DNA of 64,000 bases from Hormiphora californensis (Eukaryota; Animalia; Ctenophora): positions 1,736,001 through 1,800,000 of the forward strand of contig CM035359.1 in NCBI GenBank assembly GCA_020137815.1. Direction: 5' to 3'. Numbering within the stretch: position 1 is the first letter of the stretch; every line of letters begins with the position of its first letter. The notes under the pieces are model-generated. The model was not told the origin of the DNA. It did no database searches and saw only the letters and a list, made by a program, of their open reading frames with translations. A program made the position numbers and the translations under genes. Below, in pieces: positions 25,450 to 38,557 of the stretch.

Positions 25450-27156
25450 ATGAAGTGTATGTGTATTTTTGTGGCCCTAATGGCTGTCATGGCAATAGTG
25501 GAATCAGGTCCTGTTGGCGAAAATGATTGCACGGACATGTGCGGAAAACGACAAACCTACTCAGGTAAAATCTCCCATTTTGCTGTCAAAAGTTCAATTT
25601 TTCACAAGGCTATCCCTAACTCCTCTCTCTGTCTCTCTCTCTCTCTTCCTCTCTTTTAACATTCTCTCTAAATCCATTAGAGGAAGGAAAGTTGATTGAG
25701 GAATCTGACATTTGTCACTGCTGTCCTAAAGGATTCACATTCCGGGTACTATTAATAAAACGAGATCAATTCCAAGAACTCAAAAACGCGTTGCAGTTAT
25801 CAATCCAAATCTTGGATAATGATAACGATACTCATAATCACTACATATTCAGTATGATCAGGCCCTCATTCTATGTTCTGTACAAAATTTGTACTACAAA
25901 TGTGCACCCTGCAGCTTTATTGCACCCTGCAGCTTTATTGCAGCTTTATGTCAAATACAGATCGACAAATCAGAGATAAGATAAAAATAGGTTGCATAAA
26001 AATACAGATATAATTAGTATAGCAAGGAGGAGCAGTTTATTTATGTAGTGCAGAGAAAGCATATTATAGGGCTAAAGGTATAATAATGTATTAGCAATAG
26101 CAAAATGCATAAATTCAAGTTTTAACACTGAATAACTTTGCGAGCGTCGTGGAAAATAGTTTCTATTTCTAAACCCTGTACACGTGCTAAAACGATCATC
26201 CCGGCGATTGCTTCTGGCAATCACCCGGACAGGGAAAAAGTCAAATACAGTGGTTGAGTGGGGGTATGATGGAAAAGTGGTGTTTGCCGATTAATTGGCA
26301 TCTACAGATCGAAATTTTTGGAGGATGAATGAGATTGTGCAGTATTGGTACAAAAAGTACAATTTTCTAAATGATATTGGTAGACAGTAGTCTGCCGATT
26401 ATATTGCCTGATTTAAAATTGTCTGAAAAATTGTTCTATCACTGGCCCGAAGCTGTATCTCAAAAGGGAAAAATTATACAGCTGTTTTAAATTAGTAACA
26501 ATATTTAGTATTCACCCGTTGTATGGGGTACAAAGTCGACTAGTAAACGCCGCTATTTATAGAGAGCCTGATGGTAGACGTAATATATTAAACTAATAGT
26601 AATATATTAAACTAATAGTATTAAACTATTATAAAATCCTAAGTGACTACAACTACCTAATGGGAGCTTTGTCTCACAATTTGTCCTCCGATAGAAGACT
26701 ATTATAAATATAAAATAAAATATCTGCAGTAACAAATAAAACAAGGGCGTTACATATGAGTTAACTTCTTTGAGAGAAAGGGAGTGGCCTCATGAAATAA
26801 ATGCCCCTATTAATACTGCACACTCAGAACTTTTTTCTCGATGAAGAACTGATCTACAGCTATAATTTGACTTTGAGAAATGCTCAAAACTCATCGGAAC
26901 ATACTTTATAAAGGGTTGATTCTTTCGTTTTTTTCCAGGAACCGACCGAAACAAGTAAACAACCAATCGGAACTTGTTATTTAGGTCACGTGACTGGTTA
27001 TCAGCCAATCAGGGGCCAGTATTTCCTGATTCGGTCGGTTCCTGGTTTTTTCCTAACCCGAACATTTATCTCCAGATCTACTGCCCGGGTAATGCTGACT
27101 TCTGTTGGTGCTGTGGAAATTACTATTGTCAGTATCGACACCAGTTCGATATCTAA
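25450..27156 (+). CDS. Small secreted cysteine-rich peptide (86 aa, 3 exons)
   Basis: Exons 25450-25564, 25681-25745 and 27076-27156 join in frame via GT-AG introns to give MKCMCIFVALMAVMAIVESGPVGENDCTDMCGKRQTYSEEGKLIEESDICHCCPKGFTFRIYCPGNADFCWCCGNYYCQYRHQFDI*. Confidence 0.8.
26936..27044. mobile_element. ~109-bp MITE with CAGGAACCGACCGAA TIRs (hAT-like); also 37471-37579 and truncated 46144-46233
   Basis: Three copies, all in introns. The 37471 copy is flanked by a direct repeat ACATAAACAT. Confidence 0.85.
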
Positions 27157-27310
27157 ATGGAAAGATGTCTAAATGGAAAGATATCTAAATGGAAAGATAT
27201 CTAGTGGAAAGATATCTAGTGGAAAGATATCTAGTGGAAAGATATCTAGTGGAAAGATATCTAGTGGAAAGATATCTAGTGGAAAGATATCTAGTGGAAA
27301 GATATCTAGA
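27148..27310 (+). repeat. 15-16-bp tandem repeat starting at the stop codon of the peptide gene
   Basis: About 10 copies of GATATCTA(A)(A/G)TGGAAA. Confidence 0.9.
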
Positions 27311-28054
27311 TACACGATTGTTTAATTTAGAATACTTTTTCTGCACAAAATCACGACAACAGTGAGTTCTCGAATGTTTTATAAAACCAAAAACTATAAT
27401 ACAGTGTACCTATCTAAAATCTTACATGGTATAAGCCAACTAAAATGCAGTACAGAAGAGAGGTAGACAATCCGTGTGTATAACACAACATAATACAAGT
27501 TGTGTGTTTACAGCGAGATTATATCATCCTAATTTAAAAGGTTTATTATACAAAGAAGTAACTTAGAATTATTATGTAGAGATTAGTAATGATCACGAGT
27601 TGCCTAGCTCAACTCCCTTTTCGCAGGCTCAAATGTAAATTGGAGGGTGAGAACATAACAAATGATGAGAGACTCATGTTAGAGACTCATGTTAGAGACT
27701 CATGTTTACTACAGTACGTGTGTCCCAACTACACATATGAGCACAGTAGAATTACCCCACTGAGTTACATGTACCCACTGTATCGGCTGTAGTGACAAAG
27801 AGCCAGTAGATCTATAGTGATATAGTGAGCCTGAGAAAGAAAGAGATAGAGAGACTTTACAAGCCTTGACATGACGTCCAATTTGGGAATAAATGCACCA
27901 TGGTGCATTTAGAAAATATATTTCATAGATTTGAAAGGGATTCGAAACATATGCAGGGCTCATATAAAAACACGGAGGGGGCATGTATCCGGCGCTTGCG
28001 AATATCACCTTGACCCAATGGCATTGTCACACGCTACAATCTCTTAAAATAATA

Positions 28055-28096
<42 letters not shown>

Positions 28097-28109
28097 CTCT
28101 CTCTCTTTC

Positions 28110-28221
<112 letters not shown>

Positions 28222-28237
28222 TCTCTCTCTCCCTCTC

Positions 28238-28272
<35 letters not shown>

Positions 28273-29143
28273 GCCCTCTCTGCCCAAGATGAGCGGGCCA
28301 TGCAATGAGTTGAGATGAAATGAAATTGCGGGGTGTGATAGAGGTGAGAGATGATTCTCAGCACACACACAGACGATGTTTCACAACAATTGAACTAGAC
28401 TCTATCTGAGTAGAGAGACTATCTGAGTAGAGAAACAATGTAGCAGCTGCATTTTGGAACTGCAGCCATGAGCCATGGCACTTGAATCCCAAGACAGAGC
28501 ACGATAAGCCATTATATTTGGCCACATTGATACCTGAGTGAGATCGGAGCGAGAATAGGTTGCAATGGATCCAACCATTATATATTCAAGCCGGGGCGGG
28601 ATAAACACACAGGAACTGGAAGGGGTCGAGGGAGGGGGGATAAGTCATAACAAGCATTCGTGATAACAATATCTTTACGATAGATACAGCCATGCATACC
28701 TTGTTAGCGCATTATATCCTGATCCTATTACAACTCCACCTGCAGCAGTCAAATGATCCTAATAGGTCTAAGGTCACCTGCGCTATCGTTGTATTTGCTC
28801 GACCCTCTCTTGCCGCGTTGGTTAGAAGATGTCACCGTTATTCCTCAACCTGACTTTGCTATTCCCGAAACTGCACCTGTAATGCAGAAGTAAATTAATT
28901 AGGGTTGAAAGTACAGCTGAAATAGGGCTAAAATAGGTAATAAATCAGTAGCATATTTCATGTGAATGCAAAAAGCGAATCTTGAGTCCATGGCGCGTGA
29001 GAGCCGACAGACGGGGAACATGTCATACAATATTACCCACCTTGTTATAGTAGCTCCTGGTCCAGAGCGTAGTTCCAACAGAGAACAGGGGACATAGTAA
29101 TTCATACCTAATGAGGAGATCATGATCGAGACTTTCAAGTCTT

Positions 29144-29420
29144 GTCAGTCAGTCAGTCAGTCAGTCAGTCAGTCAGTCAGTCAGTCAGTCAGTCAGTCAG
29201 TCAGTCAGTCAGTCAGTCAGTCAGTCAGTCAGTCAGTCAGTCAGTCAGTCAGTCAGTCAGTCAGTCAGTCAGTCAGTCAGTCAGTCAGTCAGTCAGTCAG
29301 TCAGTCAGTCAGTCAGTCAGTCAGTCAGTCAGTCAGTCAGTCAGTCAGTCAGTCAGTCAGTCAGTCAGTCAGTCAGTCAGTCAGTCAGTCAGTCAGTCAG
29401 TCAGTCAGTCAGTCAGTCAC
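29144..29420. repeat. (TCAG)n microsatellite
   Basis: Seen directly. Confidence 0.97.
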
Positions 29421-29844
29421 TAATTCAATTTAGTTTGTGATTAAAAATAGAGTGCTAGATTAAAGCATCACATCACATTATACGTAGGGCTCTGTAATCT
29501 CACATCGCAATATTGAATATACTGCCCCACTGTGCAGAGCTCTGTCCCACAAAGTATAAAAAGGTAAAAAGATCATATTATATCACAAGATCCGAGGAGG
29601 AGATAGAGAGAGGGAGAAAGTAAAGAGGGAGCTAGAATGGAGAGATTTGCGATCAGTACGATCACCCCAGTAATTCTGCCACTATAAACCAAAATGTTTG
29701 TCGGTTGTCGCTTTGGCCTTCCTGGCACACTCCATCAGTCTGTCGATGTTGGTGGCAACAAACTCGTCCTCGGGTATTCCCGTAATAATGCAATATCCCT
29801 CCAAAATGGACTGGATACCATCCATCCTCCTCCTGTCTCGGGCG

Positions 29845-30280
29845 AGCTCTTCACGCTTATCTATCATGGGATATAGGGTATTAGCTCTTCACGCTTATCT
29901 ATATGGGATAGGGTATTAGCCGGGGGGCAAGCTCTTCACGCGTATCTATGGGATAGGGTATTAGCCGGTGGTCCGGGCGAGCTCTTCACGCTTATCTACA
30001 TGGGATATAGGGTATTAGCCGGTGGTCCGGGCAAGATCTTCACGCTTATCTATGGGATAGGGTATTAGCCGGGGGGCAAGCTCTTCACGCTTATCTATGG
30101 GATAGGGTATTAGATCTTCACGCTTATCTATGGGATAGGGTATTAGCCAGTGGTCCGGGCAAGCTCTTCACGCTTATCTATGGGATAGGGTATTAGCCGG
30201 TGGTCCGGGCAAGCTCTTCACGTACGTTTTCTCTCAGATCTGGTTAACATTTACCGCCTACCTATTAGCCGGTGGTCCGG
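29845..30280. repeat. Minisatellite, variable ~35-55-bp unit
   Basis: Repeated GCTCTTCACGCTTATCTATGGGATAGGGTATTAG(CCGGTGGTCCGGGCAA). Confidence 0.9.
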
Positions 30281-30668
30281 GTAATTTGATAGGGTTACTT
30301 CCGATAGGAAGGAAGAAAAAGTGCGGTCAGATGGGGTTGTGGCGCTAGATAGGTCCCGCCCACACATCCCCTCATTCCCGGCATTCTATCATTTGTTGAT
30401 ACATTATATAGATAGATAGTGATACAGCTGCTACACCTCAACCTCCCGCAATTTAGACCCGCCTTGGGTAGTTCAGTAATTCGACGTTACCTTTACAACG
30501 CTTTGTGGTATATTTATTGCCATGCTACGCAGTCTGTCTGTTCGGCACTTTAAGCGCCTCGGTCAGCTCGCTTACGCTCGCGTAAGCTCACACCGGGCAT
30601 TCGGCCCGGTGTGAGAGCTGACAGACAAGGAACATGTCAATATATTTACCTCTCCGTCATATTTAGCG

Positions 30669-33600
30669 ATGGGCCCTAACATTCTATCCCTCATCCTGTT
30701 CCTTGGAGTTCCAACAGTTGGGGGATCAGTTGTCGGTAAACCGAACATCCTGTTTGTGCTGATTGACGACATGGGATACGGAGATATGGGTTATACTTAC
30801 CCGGAAATCAAAAAGAATATCACCACACCCCTGTTTGATAAGCTTGCAAGTGAGGGTCTTATCCTGGATAGATACTACTCCGAGGCCTTGTGCACTCCTG
30901 CACGGGCTTCTCTTCACACAGGCCGGTATGCAATTGCCTTGGGAATTGAAGACGAAATATTTCAACCTTATACCAAGGAGTGTCTGGATAGAGACCAGAT
31001 CTTACTACCGGAGGTCCTTCGTGCTAATGGCTACGCAACACACTTGGTGGGAAAATGGCACCTTGGCTATGCTCGGTGGGACTGTATGCCGTGTACTCGG
31101 GGCTACGATACTGCCTACGGGTACACACAAGGCGAAATAGACTACATGTCACATAAATATGAAAGCTATAATGATTTTTATTTTTGTGAGGAGGATGGTG
31201 ATGAAATAAGCTGGTCTATTCTACCTAATTCAACCCAAAAGTACAGTGAAAACCTCTATACTAGAAGGATTAAGGATCTAGTTGAAAACCAAAACTCCTC
31301 CCAGCCTCTCTTCATGATGTATTCAATGCAAAGTGTTCACAAACCCTTCTTTGCTCCTGATGCCTACTTCAACACGAACTGTCTTGATAAAGAAAACGCG
31401 AGTTGTGTACGACAGGCTATGCTGAACGCCGCCCAGGATTCTGTTAGTGAGATAATTGAGAGCTATAAAGAGGCGGGTATATGGAATAACACGCTAATGA
31501 TTGTGGCAAGTGATAATGGAGCACAAGTATCTCGTTTTGCCTCCAGCCTCCCGCTGAGAGGATGGAAAAATACACTTTTTGAGGGAGGTGTGAGGGTTCC
31601 TGCATTTCTGTACAGCCCAAACCCTGAAATTCTGGTACCCCGAGGTTCTACAGGGTGTCCCACTGTCTTTGCATCACCTGCGATTTTGGGTAATGACCGG
31701 GCTCCATTAAACTAACCAAAACTGATCGAAAAATTGGTCAAAATGGTTCTAACAAAAACCAGTGTTCTAGAGAATTGTCTGGCGAACATTTTGGTTGCAA
31801 GATTGACTTTCCAAGTCTTACCAATCGTCAAATATATCGTCGTAAAGTCAAAATTACGTGTTCATGAAATCCGACCGGGGTTCACGTTTTGAAAAATTCA
31901 CAAGTGCAAAGTTGCTCGGATCACATTGCATCCCTCATAAGAGTTGTAGGAAATTGTCTGGCGGTCATTTTGGTACCCGGGTTTTTATCCTAGCGCAATG
32001 TTTAGAATGTCTTATGACTGTCAGAACTGGAATTTTCCCAAAAGTGGTTTTAGGTATCGCATTGCATTTTGCCCTGTTATGAAGCTCATAGCTGCTTGAA
32101 TAACATCTTAGTGCAGGAATTAAGGAATTAAACAGGAATTAAACATTATACATCTATAATGGCACTTCATTGTCAGATGGGATTAAAAAAAATAAATTAA
32201 ATAAAAATGCTAAGGTGTTTAAAAGTTAAATTTAAAGTTAATATTGTTAGGCAAAATTGACACGCTCGGGTAAAAAAGGAAAACATAGGTGAAGGGAATA
32301 AATAAATAATAAAAATATACATAATAAAAAGGCTAAAAAGCGTAAAGTGGTCAACAAGGGCAGGGATAAGGATTACAGGGGGGTAAAAAGTGGGAGCGAT
32401 ATAAAATAGAAAACGTAAAGTAGTAAAAAAAGAACAAGTCTCGAAGAAGAATAAATCTAAGGGGGACGGGTAAAAAATGCAGTAGGCAGGCAAAAGACAC
32501 ACATATGACACACATAAAAAATGAGAGAGTTCGTGAGGTAATTCTTGGTGCTAGCAACCCTGGACTTTCAAGAAAACAGTGCTGGGGTTGAGTATGCTCA
32601 ACTAGGGTTGTTTTAAGGTTATCAATATTGGATTGGATTGCCGTAATGGAATCCATATCCTAACGGGATAGGGTTGAGATAGACCACTTGCGTATCCTAC
32701 ACATTAACAGGGGCCTTGCCAAATCGTCATAACAACCCTGTCAAGTGTCTAGATGAAATTGAGACGATATGTGCTGATTATCATGGGATTACACACGACA
32801 CCGAGCCACCTAATTAGGGGTAGTGAGCCGATACCAACTAAGACTCAGCATAGAAAAATCTTCATGTTCCTACAGTCATAACGCAACTTAAACGTAGAGC
32901 TATGGGAAAAACCATGGTATCAAGATGAACCTTAGACGATTCCAATGAAGCTCTTGTAAATTTCAAATCATTTTACCCATTTGTTGATGACACGTGATCC
33001 CCTCAAAAATGCTGATTGAATTTCGTCTTTAGACAGTCGTAAGACACTCTAAACATTGAGTTAGGACAAAAACCCGTGTACCAAAATGACCGCCAGACAA
33101 TTTCCTACAACTCTTATGAGGGATGCAATGTGATCCGAGCAACTTTGCACTTGTGAATTTTTCAAAACGTGAACCCTGGTCGGATTTCATGAACACGTAA
33201 TTTTGACTTTACGACGCTATATCTGACGATTGGTAAGACTTGGAAAGTCAATCTTGCAACCAAAATGTTCGCCAGACAATTCTCTAGAACACTGGTTTTT
33301 GTTAGAACCATTTTGACCAATTTTTCGATCAGTTTTGGTTAGTTTAATGGAGCCCGGTCATTACCCAAAATCGCAGGTGATGCAAAGACAGTGGGACACC
33401 CTGTACTTCCTGCTATATTCACGTCACCGACTGGTACTCTAGCCTCATTCGATGGACAGGAGGCTGGGAGGCCTTTGCAAGGATGTCAACGGTTCGCAAA
33501 TCACAGATCGACTCTCTGGACAGCATTGACCAATCCGGATTTCTATTTACCGGTGTCGAGTACAACTGCCTAAGAGATGAGATCCTGCTAAATATAGATC

Positions 33601-33989
33601 CAGTGAAAAAGAAAGCAGCGTACATCAAGGGTGACTACAAGGCACTATTTGGCGTACAAGCGCTGAGAGCAGGAGCATCATGCGAAACAAATAAAAGGTA
33701 TACGTTTGGGGAACACTGCGTTAATTGGAATGTCACACGACTTTACAACATCACAGATGACCCCTTTGAGACAAATAATCTCAGTAAGACCCACCCTGAT
33801 TTATTGGAGGAGTTGAAGGAGAAGATATTGGACCATTTCGATGAGTTGGAACCTCTACAGTGCACACTTCCAGACCTTGAAGGTGCCTTTCCAACAACAG
33901 TGATGCACTATTATCTACCCTTTGATTTTGAAGGCGGAATTATTCCTGACTGGGCAACATACGCTCACGATCCTCCCAGTTTTCACTGA
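30669..33989 (+). CDS. Arylsulfatase B/I/J-like sulfatase (~521 aa), interrupted by a DNA transposon in this allele
   Basis: Signal peptide; NILFVLIDDMG; formylglycine motif CTPARASLHTGR; GKWHLG; SDNG; LRGWKNTLFEGGVRVP. Joining 30669-31650 to 33406-33989 restores ...PRGSTSCYIHVTDW... and an open frame to the stop. Confidence 0.92.
31651..33403. mobile_element. Non-autonomous Tc1/mariner-like element with ~370-bp TIRs
   Basis: Termini CAGGGTGTCCCACTGTCTTTGC; TA TSD; precise removal restores the sulfatase ORF. Confidence 0.93.
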
Positions 33990-34185
33990 ATGATGCCCTG
34001 TTAAAGGTTGTTGGAAACTGAATGACGCTCTGTTGATGACGCTCTGTTGATGGCCCCTTAGCTGAGTGTGTGCAACTGTTGGCTGCAGTTAGATTTAGTT
34101 GTTTGAGTATTATTAGTTAGCTAGACAATGTTTCTTTCGTGCTTCTGCATATTTTAATACCTGGCATTATAATAAGTATATGTGG

Positions 34186-35274
34186 TGAACCACTCTGCAA
34201 CCACTTCACCGTGGGAGTACAATGAACCACTCACCACTTCACCGTGGGAGTACAATGAACCACTCACCACTACACCGTGGGAGTACAATGAACCACTCAC
34301 CACTACACCGTGGGAGTCCAATGAACCACTCACCACTTCACCGTGGGAGTAAAATTAACCACTCACCACTACACCGTGGGAGTACAATGAACCACTCACC
34401 ACTACACCGTGGGAGTACAATGAACCACTCACCACTTCACCGTGGGAGTACAATGAACCACTCACCACTTCACCGTGGGAGTACAATGAACCACTCACCA
34501 CTTCACCGTGGGAGTACAATGAACCACTCACCACTACACCGTGGGAGTACAATGAACCACTCACCACTTCACCGTGGGAGTACAATGAACCACTCACCAC
34601 TTCACCGTGGGAGTACAATGAACCACTCACCACTTCACCGTGGGAGTACAATGAACCACTCACCACTACACCGTGGGAGTACAATGAACCACTCACCACT
34701 TCACCGTGGGAGTACAATGAACCACTCACCACTACACCGTGGGAGTACAATGAACCACTCACCACTTCACCGTGGGAGTACAATGAACCACTCACCACTT
34801 CACCGTGGGAGTACAATGAACCACTCACCACTTCACCGTGGGAGTACAATGAACCACTCACCACTTCACCGTGGGAGTACAATGAACCACTCACCACTAC
34901 ACCGTGGGAGTCCAATGAACCACTCACCACTTCACCGTGGGAGTAAAATTAACCACTCACCACTACACCGTGGGAGTATAACAATGAACCACTCACCACT
35001 TCACCGTGGGAGTACAATGAACCACTCACCACTTCACCGTGGGAGTACAATGAACCACTCACCACTTCACCGTGGGAGTATAACAATGAACCACTCACCA
35101 CTTCACCGTGGGAGTACAATGAACCACTCACTACTACACCGTGGGAGTACAATGAACCACTCACCACTTCACCGTGGGAGTACAATGAACCACTCACCAC
35201 TTCACCGTGGGAGTACAATGAACCACTTACCACTACACCGTGGGAGTACAATGAACCACTCACCACTACACCGT
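34186..35274. repeat. 33-bp minisatellite, ~33 copies
   Basis: Unit ATGAACCACTCACCACT(T/A)CACCGTGGGAGTACA. Confidence 0.97.
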
Positions 35275-35408
35275 ACAGCCACTGACTATATGGTTATCGA
35301 TTAGCTGTCCAATGTGACCAAGATCAGCTAAATTTGACATCCACAAGACACGCTGTGTCATGTATCATGTTTCTAAAAGTTAGCTAATATATCTCTGTTC
35401 GTAGGCCA

Positions 35409-35625
<217 letters not shown>

Positions 35626-36921
35626 GACTCTAGGGTATTAACTGCGCTTTCCCACGCCCTGATCTGCAGTTGTACGAATGTATGGTTGTGGAAATGCTCT
35701 CCCTCTCCCTCCCTCTCTCTCTCCCTCATTTGAGTATCTTATCTGGTATCCTGTTATACAGGCGGTTGTGTACGGTATGTACAGTTCACGGGCCTATTAT
35801 TTCTTTTCACTCCTGCTACTAAGCTCTCACTATTATACCACTGCCATGACTGCCAGAGAGGAGGGAAGGAGAGATGATCTCAGATTTATACATGCTCCAA
35901 TCTCTCTCTCCCTCTTTCTCAGACTCACCCAATTCCTCTCCTCCTCGCCTTTCCACCCGGTTCATCCTATCCAATCCCTCTCCTACTCCCACTACTTCTC
36001 TAATCTCATCTCCTCTCTCCCCCTTCTCCTTATTGAAGGGGTGGAAGTCGTTAGGTGCCAAACACTGGACGAGGAGCGCAACTCGGAATTTCCCAATGGC
36101 AAATACGTTACCTCTATGACTTACCCTTCTGAATCTCAATGGGCCCCAACGACTTGGGGTCCTATCTCAATCCCTCTCTGCCACCCTATCATCTGATATG
36201 TAACCCAGTCCCGATCAAAATTTCTCTATGATCGTTCTCTATAAGATAGTTCCGAGAAAATTTTGGGAAAATAACTGCATTCCAGGCAAAGACTAGAACT
36301 TTAGTTCCTAATTACCAGGGCCCACTAATAATAATTTCCTGTTTTTTATTAACTTTCCCTCCTGATGTTAGCCTTGTTTTTTCCATTCCCTCGTTGTTGT
36401 TTTTGGGAATACTATGTTAACCAAATTTGTGCATGCGGTTATATTTGCTAAACATTGTTCTAGAACTTTCTCCCCTTTTCAATTGTAGTTAGAGGCTGAG
36501 TTTTTCAAGGCTAAGTTCTTTCAGTGTTTTAAAGTATTTCTTTGAAAATATAGTTTTTCCGGGCCCGTTTTGGTTAATTAGGAAACCAACCCCCCCGCCC
36601 CCTACAGGAAGAGAGAGAGATAGAGAGAACGAGAGAGAAAAGGAGAGGAGAGAGAGAGAAGAGAGCAGGGGAAAAGAAGATTGAAGCCTATAAAGGGGGG
36701 AGGAAGCGAGAGGAAGAGAGAGGAGAGAGGCAGAAATAACGAAATAGACGGGGAGCGAGGAGCAGACAGAAGAGGGAGGAACGACGAGAGAGAGAGAGAT
36801 GTCCCCGGGGGGGGAAAGGAAGGGAGACGGAGTTTCAGAAGAAAGCTCTTCTCTCTCTTCTCTCCTCTACTCTCTCTTCCCCTATCTTCTCTCTCTTTCT
36901 CTCTCTATTGTTTCTCTATCT

Positions 36922-36955
<34 letters not shown>

Positions 36956-36972
36956 TGATACTACTGCTCCAG

Positions 36973-37815
36973 GTGTGCATGGAGGATGAATGGTACACCA
37001 GACTTCTTCTAATCACACTCCTGATCATTACCGGAACTTCAAACACCATACTTCTGGGAATTCTAACTCTCACCAGGGGTCTCCAGACGATTAACAATCA
37101 TTTTGTTGCCCACTTTGTCACAACAGCAGTTCTATGTGAGTGAGAAAAAGTGTTTTGGTTCCAAAATTGTGTACGAAATAGGTGTCTTACCTGCAGGTTA
37201 TTATGGTGCTAAAATAGGCTCAAAATATCTGATCCCTAACCAGCCATCTCACTTCGCAGGTTCCCTGGTTCTGTTTAGTACAACTTTAGCAGGTCTTAGT
37301 GACAACAATGAGGGCCCTAATGTGGAGGCAACAATTGACACAGCCACCAAACCGAGGGACACTACTGGCCAGGGTTGGGTGTGTCTGGTGCAACAGGCAA
37401 CTACAACCTTGGTTCTGTTTCTAAACTCTACACTTTTATTGTTTTATGGGTTCTACAGGTACATAAACATCAGGAACCGACCGAATCAGAAAATACTGGT
37501 CCCTGATTGGCTGATAACCAGTCACGTGACCTAAATAACGAGTTCTGATTGGTTGTTTACTTGTTTCGGTCGGTTCCTGACATAAACATATGGTGACCCG
37601 AGGATCCTAGGAGTAAGTTTTTACCAAAAGTATACAAATATAATACCCAAATTTCCCTACTTCTTTCATCATTTATCCCTTCCCTTCTCAGGTTTCTGTG
37701 TGCAGTTCGACCCCTGACTACAATGGTACATGGCCGGTTGAACCTAGTCCGAGTTATCATCTGCATACCTTGGGGAATTGGGGTGTTTCTGACTTTTGCA
37801 GTGAAACCTGGATAG
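36973..37815 (+). CDS. Rhodopsin-like (class A) GPCR, TM1-TM4 only visible
   Basis: Exons 36973-37135, 37260-37458 and 37692-37815 are in frame: TM1 GTSN, LQTINNHF, TM3 Cys (WVCLVQQ), YRFLCAVRPL (DRY-like plus PL), TM4 PW. TAG at 37813-37815. Confidence 0.7.
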
Positions 37816-38164
37816 CAAGGGAGAGTGTCGGTGGGAATCACTCGAGAATCTAAAGGGTGAGATCGATCATATAATGACGGATTATTGAATATTTCAGCAT
37901 ACTATTCATGCATATATATGCGGGTGTAAATGAAGAAGATTTGTAAGATTTCACATTAAAATTGGGCGAAATGTTACAGGTACCCAGACTATTCTGGTGT
38001 TCATGTTTTCAGTCATCCTACCTACACTGTGTTTACCTGCTTTCTATATTGCAATTATCCGTTCTACGGTGCGGAAACGGCGAAAAGAAGCACAGGTAGG
38101 CTGAACTCGTAATTGTAAAAAAGTGTGTAAAATAGGATGAAGGAAAAAAATGCAAAAAGAGTCG

Positions 38165-38237
38165 AGGTTCGACCGGGTTTTGAACCCGGGACCTTCTGCG
38201 TGTTAAGCAGATGTGATAACCACTACACCACCAAACC
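38165..38237 (-). tRNA. tRNA-Val(AAC)
   Basis: 73-nt cloverleaf; anticodon loop TTAACAC; TTCAAAA T-loop; downstream T5 terminator. Confidence 0.9.
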
Positions 38238-38355
38238 TTCGAACTAAATCGCAATTCTAAATATTATATCCTCCATTGTTGCCGTCAAATCGGACGACAT
38301 TTTTCGCAAGCTAAGCAAGTTTGTATAAGAAGGACAGAATTGCTACATTTTCGAA

Positions 38356-38428
38356 GGTTTGGTGGTGTAGTGGTTATCACATCTGCTTAACACGCAGAAG
38401 GTCCCGGGTTCAAAACCCGGTCGAACCT
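38356..38428 (+). tRNA. tRNA-Val(AAC)
   Basis: Identical to the minus-strand copy; followed by CGACTCTTTTTT (Pol III terminator). Confidence 0.9.
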
Positions 38429-38557
38429 CGACTCTTTTTTCCTTCATCATAGTTTTAGTTTTATTTCGTTATATGTTTAAGGTGAAATTCATCATAGTTT
38501 TAGTTTTATTTCGTTATATGTTTAAGATGAAATGAGTTCATCATAGTTTTAGTTTTA

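Noticed and set aside
29682-29867. 61-aa ORF
   Set aside because: Starts inside a minisatellite; no recognisable motif or splice context.
34186-35274. CRISPR-like array
   Set aside because: Head-to-tail units with no unique spacers, eukaryotic context and no cas genes.
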